From Bacteroidota bacterium (GTDB taxonomy: Bacteria; Bacteroidota; Bacteroidia; UKL13-3): a DNA stretch of 48,371 nt. The stretch's first letter is position 1. The number at the start of each line of letters is the position of its first letter. The notes beneath the pieces were generated by a model. The model made no database searches. It worked only from the letters and a program-made list of their open reading frames with translations, and was not told where the DNA came from. Location: positions 1 through 48,371 of the forward strand of contig JBFYQC010000262.1 of assembly GCA_041302975.1 (NCBI GenBank), written 5' to 3'. Of the stretch, positions 38,277-47,316 are shown in pieces. The translations under genes and the position numbers were made by a program.

Positions 38277-38978
38277 TTAATTTCTTTTAGTAACCGTTAC
38301 TTGCTCAATACGTTTCTCGTAATTTTCACCTTTAAAAATACGATTAACGTATATACCCGGGGTATGAATCATATCTGGATCTAACTCACCTGACTGAACT
38401 AGTTCTTCCACCTCTACAATGGTAATTCTACCGGCCATAGCCATTAATGGATTAAAGTTACGTGAAGTAGCACGGAAAATTAAATTGCCATGTGTATCAC
38501 CTTTCCAAGCTTTAACAATGGCATAATCACTTTTAAATGCATGTTCCATTAAATACGTTTTGCCATCAAACACACGTGTTTCTTTGCCTTCGGCTACTTC
38601 GGTTCCAACACCGGCAGGTGTGTATATTGCAGGCATGCCATAACCGGCAGCCATGCAGCGTGTGGCTAAAGTTCCTTGAGGAATTAATTCTACCTCTAAC
38701 TCACCACTTAATAATTGTCGCTCAAACTCGGCATTTTCACCTACATAAGACGCAATCATTTTTTTTACCTGGCGTGTTTTAAGCATCAATCCTATACCAA
38801 AATCATCAACCCCGGCATTGTTACTTATACAAGTTAAGTTTTTTACGCCTTTGTTAACCAGTGCAGTGATGCTATTTTCAGGAATTCCACATAAACCAAA
38901 ACCACCCAACATGATTGTGGCGCCATCTTGAATATCTTTTATAGCCTCTTCGGCATTTTTTACAACTTTGTTTAACAT
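38277..38978 (-). CDS. scoA: 3-oxoacid CoA-transferase subunit A
   Basis: [18 protein letters not shown] and [21 protein letters not shown]. Length is 233 aa. Confidence 0.9.
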   Translation of the reverse strand: MLNKVVKNAEEAIKDIQDGATIMLGGFGLCGIPENSITALVNKGVKNLTCISNNAGVDDFGIGLMLKTRQVKKMIASYVGENAEFERQLLSGELEVELIPQGTLATRCMAAGYGMPAIYTPAGVGTEVAEGKETRVFDGKTYLMEHAFKSDYAIVKAWKGDTHGNLIFRATSRNFNPLMAMAGRITIVEVEELVQSGELDPDMIHTPGIYVNRIFKGENYEKRIEQVTVTKRN

Positions 38979-39034
38979 GTATTTTATTTTAAACCTATTT
39001 AAAGGTATTTAATTATTATAATAATATAACAACC

Positions 39035-39313
39035 CTATTCGCCAAGTGTTGCATTTAATCCTTCATCAAGCAATGCTTGACACATTGCTATTAAATCGCC
39101 ACGCGCACCGGTTTTAATAGTAGCTTTACCTTTGGTATGCACCAACAAAGCACACTGTTCAGCTTGCAACTCATCATGCTTGCAAATACGAACCAAACAA
39201 TCAATCACATGTTCAAAAGTATTAATATCGTCATTGTGCAAAATTAACTTTTGACGATCTGTAACTTCATCCAATACTTCAGCTAATTCTTCTTCAATTA
39301 AAAACTCTCTCAT
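39035..39313 (-). CDS. clpS: ATP-dependent Clp protease adaptor ClpS
   Basis: LILHNDDINTFEHVIDCLVRICKHDELQAEQCALLVHTKGKA. Length is 92 aa. Confidence 0.9.
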   Translation of the reverse strand: MREFLIEEELAEVLDEVTDRQKLILHNDDINTFEHVIDCLVRICKHDELQAEQCALLVHTKGKATIKTGARGDLIAMCQALLDEGLNATLGE

Positions 39314-39319
39314 AATACA

Positions 39320-39967
39320 CTAACTTTTTACCTGAACAGGTTTTTTTGCCAATGAAAAGCGACTTTCTTCGCCTTTTCTTAGTCGTTTTATGTTACTACG
39401 ATGTGTATACACAACAAGTAAACCAACAACCGCGCAAAAATACACTAAATTTTTTTCCTCCCAATGATGTATCAACCCAGCATAAAGCGGACTAATTAAC
39501 CCTGACAACATTGAACCCACTGATATATATTTAGTTATGGCAACAATAATAATAAAAGAGATAAAACAAGCCAAAGCTAACATCCAATCCATTCCTGCCA
39601 CTACTCCTATTACTGTTGCTATACCTTTACCACCTCTAAAGCCGGCAAAAACAGGATAAATATGCCCCACCACTGCTAATGCTCCAAACAACATTTTATA
39701 TTCCATCAAGTGGTTTGGATTAAGCATCAAGCCAGACCAAAACGCCAAACTTGCAGCTGCAAATCCTTTCATAAAATCGAGAAATAAAACAGTAAACCCG
39801 GCTGGTTTACCTAATACACGCAAAGTATTTGTAGCACCTGCATTTCCACTACCGTGTTCGCGTACATCAACGCCAAAAAATGCTTTTCCAATCCACACAC
39901 TGCTGGGTATTGAACCTAATAAATAAGCTATTACACAAGCTAAACCAATTAACATTTGTTCATCCAT
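39320..39967 (-). CDS. plsY: Acyl-phosphate:glycerol-3-phosphate acyltransferase PlsY. The start was moved to MDEQM, which removes the overlap with the upstream gene.
   Basis: LLGSIPSSVWIGK, HGSGNAGATN and FRGGKGIAT. A polytopic membrane protein. Confidence 0.9.
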   Translation of the reverse strand: MDEQMLIGLACVIAYLLGSIPSSVWIGKAFFGVDVREHGSGNAGATNTLRVLGKPAGFTVLFLDFMKGFAAASLAFWSGLMLNPNHLMEYKMLFGALAVVGHIYPVFAGFRGGKGIATVIGVVAGMDWMLALACFISFIIIVAITKYISVGSMLSGLISPLYAGLIHHWEEKNLVYFCAVVGLLVVYTHRSNIKRLRKGEESRFSLAKKPVQVKS

Positions 39968-39968
39968 G

Positions 39969-42900
39969 TTATTTTTTATTTGAGGCACGTAAAAACTGAT
40001 TTTTAGCCGATATGTTAGCTAAACGTAGTTTGTAATCGTCCTTTTTAGAAATTTTGTCAATATTATCTTTTATCAACTTATTATACAAGGCATCAGAACC
40101 AACAGTATACATTACTCCTTTTTGGAATTTAAAATAATACCAACTGCCAGCAATACTTTGTATAAACAAGGTAAAATCGTCACCGCTTCTTCGTTTTATT
40201 AATTCCATTTTTCCTTTAACCTTTCGTTCAAATTTATATTTGTCGAAAGAATTAATTCCTATGTCTCCTTCAGATTGCAAGGAGCGCGTTAACGGATTCC
40301 ATTTCATACTTAAGTCTGATATAAAAATTGTTTTCTCCAAATTATTAATCAACTTTATCGTATTGTCTTCTTGAATTTCTTCTACTACTCGTTTTATATT
40401 TTTATCATCAACTAACTCTGCTAGTGCTTTACTTAAGAAAGAAGCATCAAACTTAGGTGTTTCTGCTGCAAGCGATTGATCACTTAACGAATCATGCATA
40501 ATTCGTAAAGCAGGCATTGGGAATGGGAAATTTAATAACATAACCAAATTCATCCTGAAACTAGTATCTATTAAACTATAATTTAATTGTCCGGCACTGT
40601 TTACCTCAAACTTAGTTGTTTCAAATCCAAGTTTTACCCTGCCTTCTCCAGTTATACTTTTCTTTTCTTCATTAACCACCATTAAGTTTCCTTTGAATGA
40701 ATTATTAAATAGCTTTTCAAAACTTCCCATTTTAAACTCACTATTTTTCTCATCGTAAAACAAAGTACCTTCTACCTTTAATAATTCCGGATCACTTTGG
40801 TTACGTTTACGTGTAAAAAACATAGTATAAACATGTGCCGAGTCGTTACTGATATTAAAACCATTGTATATGGTTTGTTGGTTCATATTTTTGCTTGGCG
40901 ATTTCACATTGATATAAACCGAATCAGGATTTACTACTGCAGCATTTCTAAACCAATCGGTTTTAGGCAAAGGCAAAGTATGAACAGGTAAGAAGTAACC
41001 ATCATACTCTAAATTCTTAACTACAGAAGTTAACACTGCATTACCCCTAAATTGTATTTTAGGACCAACATAGAACTTAATGGTATCAGGTATGTATGAT
41101 TTGCCAATAAGCTGGTGAGATTTATTAATAAAGATCTCGTTCATGAAAAACTTCTGTACATTTTTCTTCTTATCAACGTATTCATACTTACCGGTACCCA
41201 AGACATTAAACTTACCAGCAATCTTAATGCTCACACTATCTATGTTATGGAAACGATTAACCGTATCGGCCTGAATTTTTGCGCGGTTTAATAAATCCAT
41301 ATCTGCATTTCCTCTAATGGTTGTTTTATTGCTATCAGGGAAAATTTGGGCATCACCAACAGCTATATAAGGCACTTTTTTAGCGTACATGGTAAAATCT
41401 CTTATGGCTAATGTAGTAACAGATGTTGTAAATAGTAAAGAATCTTGTTGAGGATGCGTAGATACCAAATAGGTGTTTTTACCATCAGGCATAGCCGATT
41501 TGAAATCAACTATTTTGGGATCCATACGCCATAAAAATTCATCAAACGAACCTGCATACAAGTTGTAATTAAAGAAAGAATTAAGAATACCTTTTTTATT
41601 GTATTTAAAATCACCCAACCTATTTTCTAAATCAACCCTGGCATTAACCGAAGATGAACTGAAAGCAAACTTGGTTGAATCTTTCAAATCGTATAATTTA
41701 AAGAAAGCTTCATCACTTAAAATTTGATCGGGTTGCAACCAAAAATCGAATGAAGTTAATTGTGCTTCTTCTACATTAATTGCGCCTTTTGCATGCATAC
41801 TGCCAGGTGTATAGATTATTGTACCATCAAGTGTAGCCCTATTACTACTGAAGGGAATTAATGCTTCTGTTCGTGTAATTAACATGGTGTCCTGATAAGG
41901 TATCCAATGGTTGTAAGTATTGGTTGCTGTTACATCAGGGTATATTCCGGTTCGTTTATTATCAAACGTTTTACACTGCCCATTTAACGAATCGAGCAAC
42001 ATTACAAACTGATCTGATTTAGAAACGGATGCCAAATAATTAATTTCTCCTGTACCAAAAAAACCTTCATCACTCAATGATAAATCAACAAAACCGCGGC
42101 CTTTGCCACCATACATCGGATAACCTACATCATTGCGTTTTAATTTGAAACCTAACGACTTATCTGGTTGTAAATACAAAGCATATTTTAAATCAGGAAT
42201 AATACCACCTGAAACTAATGTACCTCCCAACGACATTTTTTCTAAGTCTAACTCATTTAAACTATCCATTGTAAATGGTTCTACATCAAAATAAAACCGG
42301 TTTCTATCATACACTCCATTTTGGGTTGACGGCTTGTCATAATATACCTTCGAACCCACATCTGATTTAAAAATTGGGTAACCAGGGAATTTTTTTCGCC
42401 CACTTTTATTATACGGATGATCAATTGCTAAAGTACCATAAATATTTTGGAGTGCACTCTTTATGGGTAAATCAACTCCAAGCTTCGAATCACGGTACAA
42501 GAACTTCATCGAATCTACGTTGTTTAAACGTACCTGAAACGTGGTATAATCAAAACTAAAACCATTACCGTAAAAATCAGCTTTACCGGCACGTAGCTTA
42601 CCCGAAAAATCCATGTTACGGTTTTTCTTTAACGTTACTTGTTGCCCGCGAGGAATGATATAAACATTTTGCGAATCACTGAAATAAAACTGTGGCACAC
42701 CTTCAATTTGTAAATCACTATTAATTAAGCTGATAGACGCATTGGGTATTTGTTTACCAATAACAGACAAAAAAGTAATCGCATCATAATCTGTTGAGCC
42801 AAAATGCGCGTTTACATAATCTTTTAATTTTCGCTTCACGGTTACAAAGTCCCGCTTTTCATTAAACGTTACAAAACCATAATCATTAAGTTCAATCATT

Positions 42901-44327
42901 TGCTGCCTGATAGCACTTGGATCACTTTTAAAATCGGCTGCGTAATCTTTTATACTAAATCCAGTGATGTTACGCTTCTCCACATATAACTTAACACGTT
43001 GTAACGGGTTATACCCCAACATACCTTGAATACGCTCGTACCTTACATCCCTGAAATAATTTACAGATTCAAACCTTGCAGGTTCATCATCATTAATCAT
43101 ATCAATATCAATAGAAGGATTATTTAAATCCCACTTAATTTGATCGCAGTAAAATTCTACTTTGTGGTAGCTGTCATAAAATGGGGTACTACTTACGCCT
43201 TGACGTTTGTTTCTAAATAATGAAATATACTCGTTTCCTATTATATAACTGAACTCTAGCTGCGGATGGTAAATAGAATCCTTCTCGAGGTAAATAGAAA
43301 CTGCTGCTTTTAACGTTGCAATTTTATCGCCACGTAAAATCATTTCTTTTGATGCAATACGTAATACCGGTTTATTTTTAAAATAAAATACAAAGTCGGC
43401 CGTGGTGGTATCGCCACCTCTAAATATAATTTCATCGCCACGCATACCAAAACCACCCGAGTATTTGCCTCTACCAAAGCTTAGTTGATTGAAGTTTTTG
43501 ATGTAAGAATCAAATTGTGGATACAACGATTTATTACCTGCTGATTTAGCCATGGCCCTGTCTGATAACTTACCTAACAAAGGTGTGGTAAGTAAACCCA
43601 CATAATTAAACATGGCCGAATCTGCATTTAGCGTACCATCCGCTAAGTTCAGTTTGTATCCTTTTAAATCGCAAAAAACCTTGGCACTATCTAAACCTAC
43701 GCGTGTAAAATCGGTACGTCCACCACGTCCATACCACATGTCTTTAGCGGCATCATATGTACCTGAGGTACGGTAAATTTCTAGGGTATCACCTGGGGTT
43801 ATACCATACAAATCGGTATTCTTAAAAATAAATAATGGCGTAGTTTTACTGGTAAAATCAACATCAAGATTGGTGGTGGTCCAGTTAATACCTGTTGTTT
43901 GTAACAAGACTTTATCATACAATACATTGCGTGAAATTTGCAAAAAATTATAACACTCATCTTTGCCCTGATTGAATGCTTTTTCGGTGGCTTTGTGCCA
44001 ATTATCAAACTTAGAAACCAAACCATTTACCACCAAGCCATTAATGGCATTAAAATAATTTTCGAAATGTGGACTTGGTTGATAGTTGTAGCTTAACATT
44101 TGGTTGGTTAGCCTTATCACCTGTATTTTTTGGTTGTTGGTGAACTTACCCGAATTGTAATAACTGATAAATTCAGCCACTGCATCTTTGGCTTTACTGC
44201 TTCCACTTTCATCAAAATAATCATCTAAATCGTTGGGATATTGCAGGACATCAAAGCTAAAACTACGCTGGGCATGCGCAACAAAAGCAAAACTGATGAT
44301 TGAAATTAAAAATACGAGCTTCTTCAT
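39969..44327 (-). CDS. Very large (1452 aa) exported protein of unknown function (start at MKKLVFLISIISFAFVAHAQ)
   Basis: A continuous ORF with an N-terminal signal or anchor sequence. Composition is beta-rich and high in N, K, F and Y. There is no T9SS CTD and no recognisable catalytic motif. The stop codon ends 1 nt before the plsY start. Confidence 0.8.
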   Translation of the reverse strand: MKKLVFLISIISFAFVAHAQRSFSFDVLQYPNDLDDYFDESGSSKAKDAVAEFISYYNSGKFTNNQKIQVIRLTNQMLSYNYQPSPHFENYFNAINGLVVNGLVSKFDNWHKATEKAFNQGKDECYNFLQISRNVLYDKVLLQTTGINWTTTNLDVDFTSKTTPLFIFKNTDLYGITPGDTLEIYRTSGTYDAAKDMWYGRGGRTDFTRVGLDSAKVFCDLKGYKLNLADGTLNADSAMFNYVGLLTTPLLGKLSDRAMAKSAGNKSLYPQFDSYIKNFNQLSFGRGKYSGGFGMRGDEIIFRGGDTTTADFVFYFKNKPVLRIASKEMILRGDKIATLKAAVSIYLEKDSIYHPQLEFSYIIGNEYISLFRNKRQGVSSTPFYDSYHKVEFYCDQIKWDLNNPSIDIDMINDDEPARFESVNYFRDVRYERIQGMLGYNPLQRVKLYVEKRNITGFSIKDYAADFKSDPSAIRQQMIELNDYGFVTFNEKRDFVTVKRKLKDYVNAHFGSTDYDAITFLSVIGKQIPNASISLINSDLQIEGVPQFYFSDSQNVYIIPRGQQVTLKKNRNMDFSGKLRAGKADFYGNGFSFDYTTFQVRLNNVDSMKFLYRDSKLGVDLPIKSALQNIYGTLAIDHPYNKSGRKKFPGYPIFKSDVGSKVYYDKPSTQNGVYDRNRFYFDVEPFTMDSLNELDLEKMSLGGTLVSGGIIPDLKYALYLQPDKSLGFKLKRNDVGYPMYGGKGRGFVDLSLSDEGFFGTGEINYLASVSKSDQFVMLLDSLNGQCKTFDNKRTGIYPDVTATNTYNHWIPYQDTMLITRTEALIPFSSNRATLDGTIIYTPGSMHAKGAINVEEAQLTSFDFWLQPDQILSDEAFFKLYDLKDSTKFAFSSSSVNARVDLENRLGDFKYNKKGILNSFFNYNLYAGSFDEFLWRMDPKIVDFKSAMPDGKNTYLVSTHPQQDSLLFTTSVTTLAIRDFTMYAKKVPYIAVGDAQIFPDSNKTTIRGNADMDLLNRAKIQADTVNRFHNIDSVSIKIAGKFNVLGTGKYEYVDKKKNVQKFFMNEIFINKSHQLIGKSYIPDTIKFYVGPKIQFRGNAVLTSVVKNLEYDGYFLPVHTLPLPKTDWFRNAAVVNPDSVYINVKSPSKNMNQQTIYNGFNISNDSAHVYTMFFTRKRNQSDPELLKVEGTLFYDEKNSEFKMGSFEKLFNNSFKGNLMVVNEEKKSITGEGRVKLGFETTKFEVNSAGQLNYSLIDTSFRMNLVMLLNFPFPMPALRIMHDSLSDQSLAAETPKFDASFLSKALAELVDDKNIKRVVEEIQEDNTIKLINNLEKTIFISDLSMKWNPLTRSLQSEGDIGINSFDKYKFERKVKGKMELIKRRSGDDFTLFIQSIAGSWYYFKFQKGVMYTVGSDALYNKLIKDNIDKISKKDDYKLRLANISAKNQFLRASNKK

Positions 44328-44484
44328 GTTTACTGTATACCTATGAAGGGGCAATTTAGACCAATTGCATTTAATTTTGGTCCAAACTAAAAATTAAATT
44401 GTAATGGTAAATGTAGATGATACTTAAAAATAGTACAACAAGCACCAATGCAATTGAACTGTGATTGGTTTTCTTTTTTTGAGT

Positions 44485-46002
44485 TTAAATAAGTTGCTTT
44501 TCTGCCTGTTTTTTAAGGTGTAAGTATGTTTGTTCCATTTGGTAAACCATTAAACCGTAGAAAAAAGCTTTATCCATAAATTTCCTGTTATAAAAAAACG
44601 TCCATCTAATCAATTCCCAAAAATGTTTTCTGTTAGAATTTAAAACCCCAAGAATAAATATAATACGTAACGCTAAAAACACATCCTTCCATTTATGCTT
44701 GGTTTTTATACGCACAGATGAATTCGGAAATTGATGGTGGGTGAAAAATGTTTTTATTCGTTTAACCGATTCTTTAGAAGGATAAATTCCTTGAATTACC
44801 TGCAAAAAACCTCTTAACACTTTTTCATCACCCATCACCATCGATATGTTGGTATCTCCTTCTTCAAAAGCAAAAGGTTTAATTAAACGATTTTCCCTTT
44901 TCATACGTTCGTAAAGTTCAGTGCCCGGAGGTGCTTTTAATATATTTACAATAGGTAAAGGAATGCCACTCTCTTGTATAAAGTCGCGTATCTTAGGAAA
45001 ACTATGCTCGGTATCGCTGTCAAAACCTACAATAAACCCACCCGAAATAATAAAGCCCTTTTCGTGCAAAAAATGAATGGTTTCAAGCATTTTTCGTTTC
45101 AAGTTTTGGTTTTTGTGCGACTCTTTTAAACTTATTTCATCCGGGGTTTCAATACCAATAAATACATGTCTAAACCCTGCGTCTGCTAATAGTTGCATTA
45201 ATTCCAAATCGTCAGCCAAGTTTACCGTTAATTGAGTAGCAAAATAGAAACCGGGATTGGTACGTTTGCGCCAAGCGATCAAAGCCGGAAGTAACTCTGT
45301 TTTCAAAATCTTTTTGTTACCTATAAGGTTATCATCGGCAAATAATACCAATTGTACATCTCCATGCTTGTTAATGGCCTCCAGCTCAGTAATAATTTGT
45401 TCAGGTGTTTTGGTACGGGGTTTACGACCAAACAAGGCAGTTACATCGCAAAAATCACATAAATACGGACATCCCCTTGAGTACTGAACAATGGCATACA
45501 AATAGTCTTGCATGTTTACCAAGTTAAAAATTGGCAATGGAGACTTAGTTACATCAGCAAATTCGGGAGTGGTATATATCGACTTAGCATTACCCGCTTC
45601 TAAATCAGCCAAAAAAAGAGGAAGCGTTATTTCTGCTTCGTTTAACACAAAATGATGCACCCCATCAAAACGATTATATTCATGCGTAAAAAGTGGACCA
45701 CCCGCAACAATTTTAGCCTTATGGGATTTGCACTTATCCAATATTTCTCTTACCGACTCTTCTTGCACGTTCATTGCCGAAACAAACACCAAATCGGCCC
45801 ATTGAATATCCTCGTCTGTTAACGATTTCACATTTAAATCGACCAAACGTTTTTCAAAACTTTCGGGCAGCAATGCGGCAATGGTAAGTAATCCAAGAGG
45901 TGGGAATGCCGATTTTTTGCCTACTACATGAATAAAATGTTTTAGGGCATAAAGGGTGTCCGGCATTTCCGGGTAAATTAAAAGAATACGCATGACACGC
46001 AA
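44485..46002 (-). CDS. B12-binding-domain radical SAM protein with a DUF4070-like C-terminus
   Basis: N-terminal Rossmann-like ILLIYPE...FPPLGLLTIAALLP...VFVSAM. Radical SAM cluster motif YSRGCPYLCDFCDV (CxxxCxxC). Length is 505 aa. Confidence 0.85.
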   Translation of the reverse strand: MRVMRILLIYPEMPDTLYALKHFIHVVGKKSAFPPLGLLTIAALLPESFEKRLVDLNVKSLTDEDIQWADLVFVSAMNVQEESVREILDKCKSHKAKIVAGGPLFTHEYNRFDGVHHFVLNEAEITLPLFLADLEAGNAKSIYTTPEFADVTKSPLPIFNLVNMQDYLYAIVQYSRGCPYLCDFCDVTALFGRKPRTKTPEQIITELEAINKHGDVQLVLFADDNLIGNKKILKTELLPALIAWRKRTNPGFYFATQLTVNLADDLELMQLLADAGFRHVFIGIETPDEISLKESHKNQNLKRKMLETIHFLHEKGFIISGGFIVGFDSDTEHSFPKIRDFIQESGIPLPIVNILKAPPGTELYERMKRENRLIKPFAFEEGDTNISMVMGDEKVLRGFLQVIQGIYPSKESVKRIKTFFTHHQFPNSSVRIKTKHKWKDVFLALRIIFILGVLNSNRKHFWELIRWTFFYNRKFMDKAFFYGLMVYQMEQTYLHLKKQAEKQLI

Positions 46003-46198
46003 AATAAATAATCAAAACATAAGTGCCAAAGAAAAAAACGCGCTTTACATCTGTTATCCTGGTCCGTAAACTATCGTTAGTACTGTTTAAATATAGATCA
46101 TCAACATTAATCTGATAAGGTACTAATTAATTTTCATCACACACCGTGTTTCAAACAAACCGTAATCGTAAGATGATACCAACCTTACATTATACTCC

Positions 46199-46232
46199 AC
46201 AAAAAAGCCGAACATTGCTGCTCGGCTTTTGT
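46199..46232 (-). terminator. Rho-independent terminator after tpiA
   Basis: On the minus strand: AAAAGCCGAGC-AGCAATG-TTCGGCTTTT followed by TTGTGG, so the T-run is continuous with the stem. Confidence 0.8.
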
Positions 46233-46251
46233 TATGTTAATTAATCTAAAC

Positions 46252-47016
46252 CTACTTCATTGCCTTTACAATATCTACAAAGCTTCGGCTTTGTAATGCT
46301 GCACCGCCAACTAAAGCACCATCAATATCCGGAGCAGAAAACAATTCAACTGCATTATCTGCTTTTACACTTCCGCCATATTGAATGGTTAAATTATCTG
46401 CCACTTCATTGTTGTAATGTTCGCGCACCAAACCACGAATAAATGCATGTACTTCTTGCGCTTGTGCAGTGCTGGCCGTTTTGCCTGTACCAATGGCCCA
46501 AACCGGTTCGTAAGCAATTACCACGTTTGCAAATTGCTCAGCATTTAAGTGAAATAAACCTTCGCTTACTTGCTTTTTCAATACATCAAAATGTGTGTTA
46601 CTTTCACGCTCTTCTAATGTTTCGCCACAGCAGTAAATAGCGGTTAAATTATTTTTTAACACGGCATCCACTTTACGTGCCAACCAATCGTTGGTTTCGT
46701 TAAAGTATTGTCTGCGCTCACTATGTCCAATAATTACATATTCGGCACCACAGCTTTTAATCATACCGGCACTTACTTCGCCTGTGTATGCACCGCTATC
46801 GTGGTTGCTGCAATTTTGTGCGCCACTAAAAACATTACCGCTATCAGCTACCATACGGCTAACTGCGTTAATATGAATAAACGGAGGAATAATTACCACG
46901 TGCGCACTGCCTTGGTATTCGTCTTTTACCATTCCGGTAACTTCAGTAACTAATGCCATCCCTTCCTCAAAAGATTTGTTCATTTTCCAGTTACCTGCTA
47001 TAATTTTCTTTCTCAT
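46252..47016 (-). CDS. tpiA: Triosephosphate isomerase
   Basis: IAGNWKMN, IIGHSERR and AYEPVWAIGTGKTAS. Length is 254 aa. Confidence 0.95.
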   Translation of the reverse strand: MRKKIIAGNWKMNKSFEEGMALVTEVTGMVKDEYQGSAHVVIIPPFIHINAVSRMVADSGNVFSGAQNCSNHDSGAYTGEVSAGMIKSCGAEYVIIGHSERRQYFNETNDWLARKVDAVLKNNLTAIYCCGETLEERESNTHFDVLKKQVSEGLFHLNAEQFANVVIAYEPVWAIGTGKTASTAQAQEVHAFIRGLVREHYNNEVADNLTIQYGGSVKADNAVELFSAPDIDGALVGGAALQSRSFVDIVKAMK

Positions 47017-47087
47017 TTTTTTGTTATTTGTTATTTGTTGATTTGTTATTGGTTGAGTAGTTGATTTGTTAATGGTTTATGGCTTTA

Positions 47088-47299
47088 TTCTCTAACCTCC
47101 AACATCTATCCTCTAACTTTTACCGCAGACTATCAGTGCAGACCGAAGCGTCTTTGGCAACACAGAGTTTTCGCAGCGTTTATTTGAGGCAGTGATGCGA
47201 AAGAGGGAGATTGCTTCGCAATAATGGAGATTTCCCAATCTCGCTTCTCTTATCTCGTCTCTCCCATTATCTAACATCCATCCTCTAGCCTCCAACTTC
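47088..47299. other. GC-richer structured intergenic element bounded by 19-nt imperfect direct repeats (candidate small RNA or REP-like element)
   Basis: Direct repeats ttctctaacctccaacatc (47088-47106) and tcctctagcctccaacttc (47281-47299) are 16/19 identical. Internal hairpins are AGAC-CGAAGC-GTCT (47140-47153), TGCGAA...TTCGCA (47196-47220) and GAGATTG...CAATCTC (47207-47242). Confidence 0.4.
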
Positions 47300-47316
47300 C
47301 AGCCTCTATCCCCCAG

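Noticed and set aside
38560-38590. AAACACACGTGTTTCT palindrome inside scoA as a possible parS
   Set aside because: It has the CACGTG core, but the arms (AAACACAC) are not the parS arms (TGTTTCAC). It is inside a coding sequence and is likely coincidental.
47113-47295. 60-aa minus-strand ORF (MEARGWMLDNGRDEIREARLGN...)
   Set aside because: It coincides with the hairpin-rich intergenic element. Its composition reflects the repeat words, and it has no start context distinguishing it from noise. The region is kept as a non-coding finding instead.
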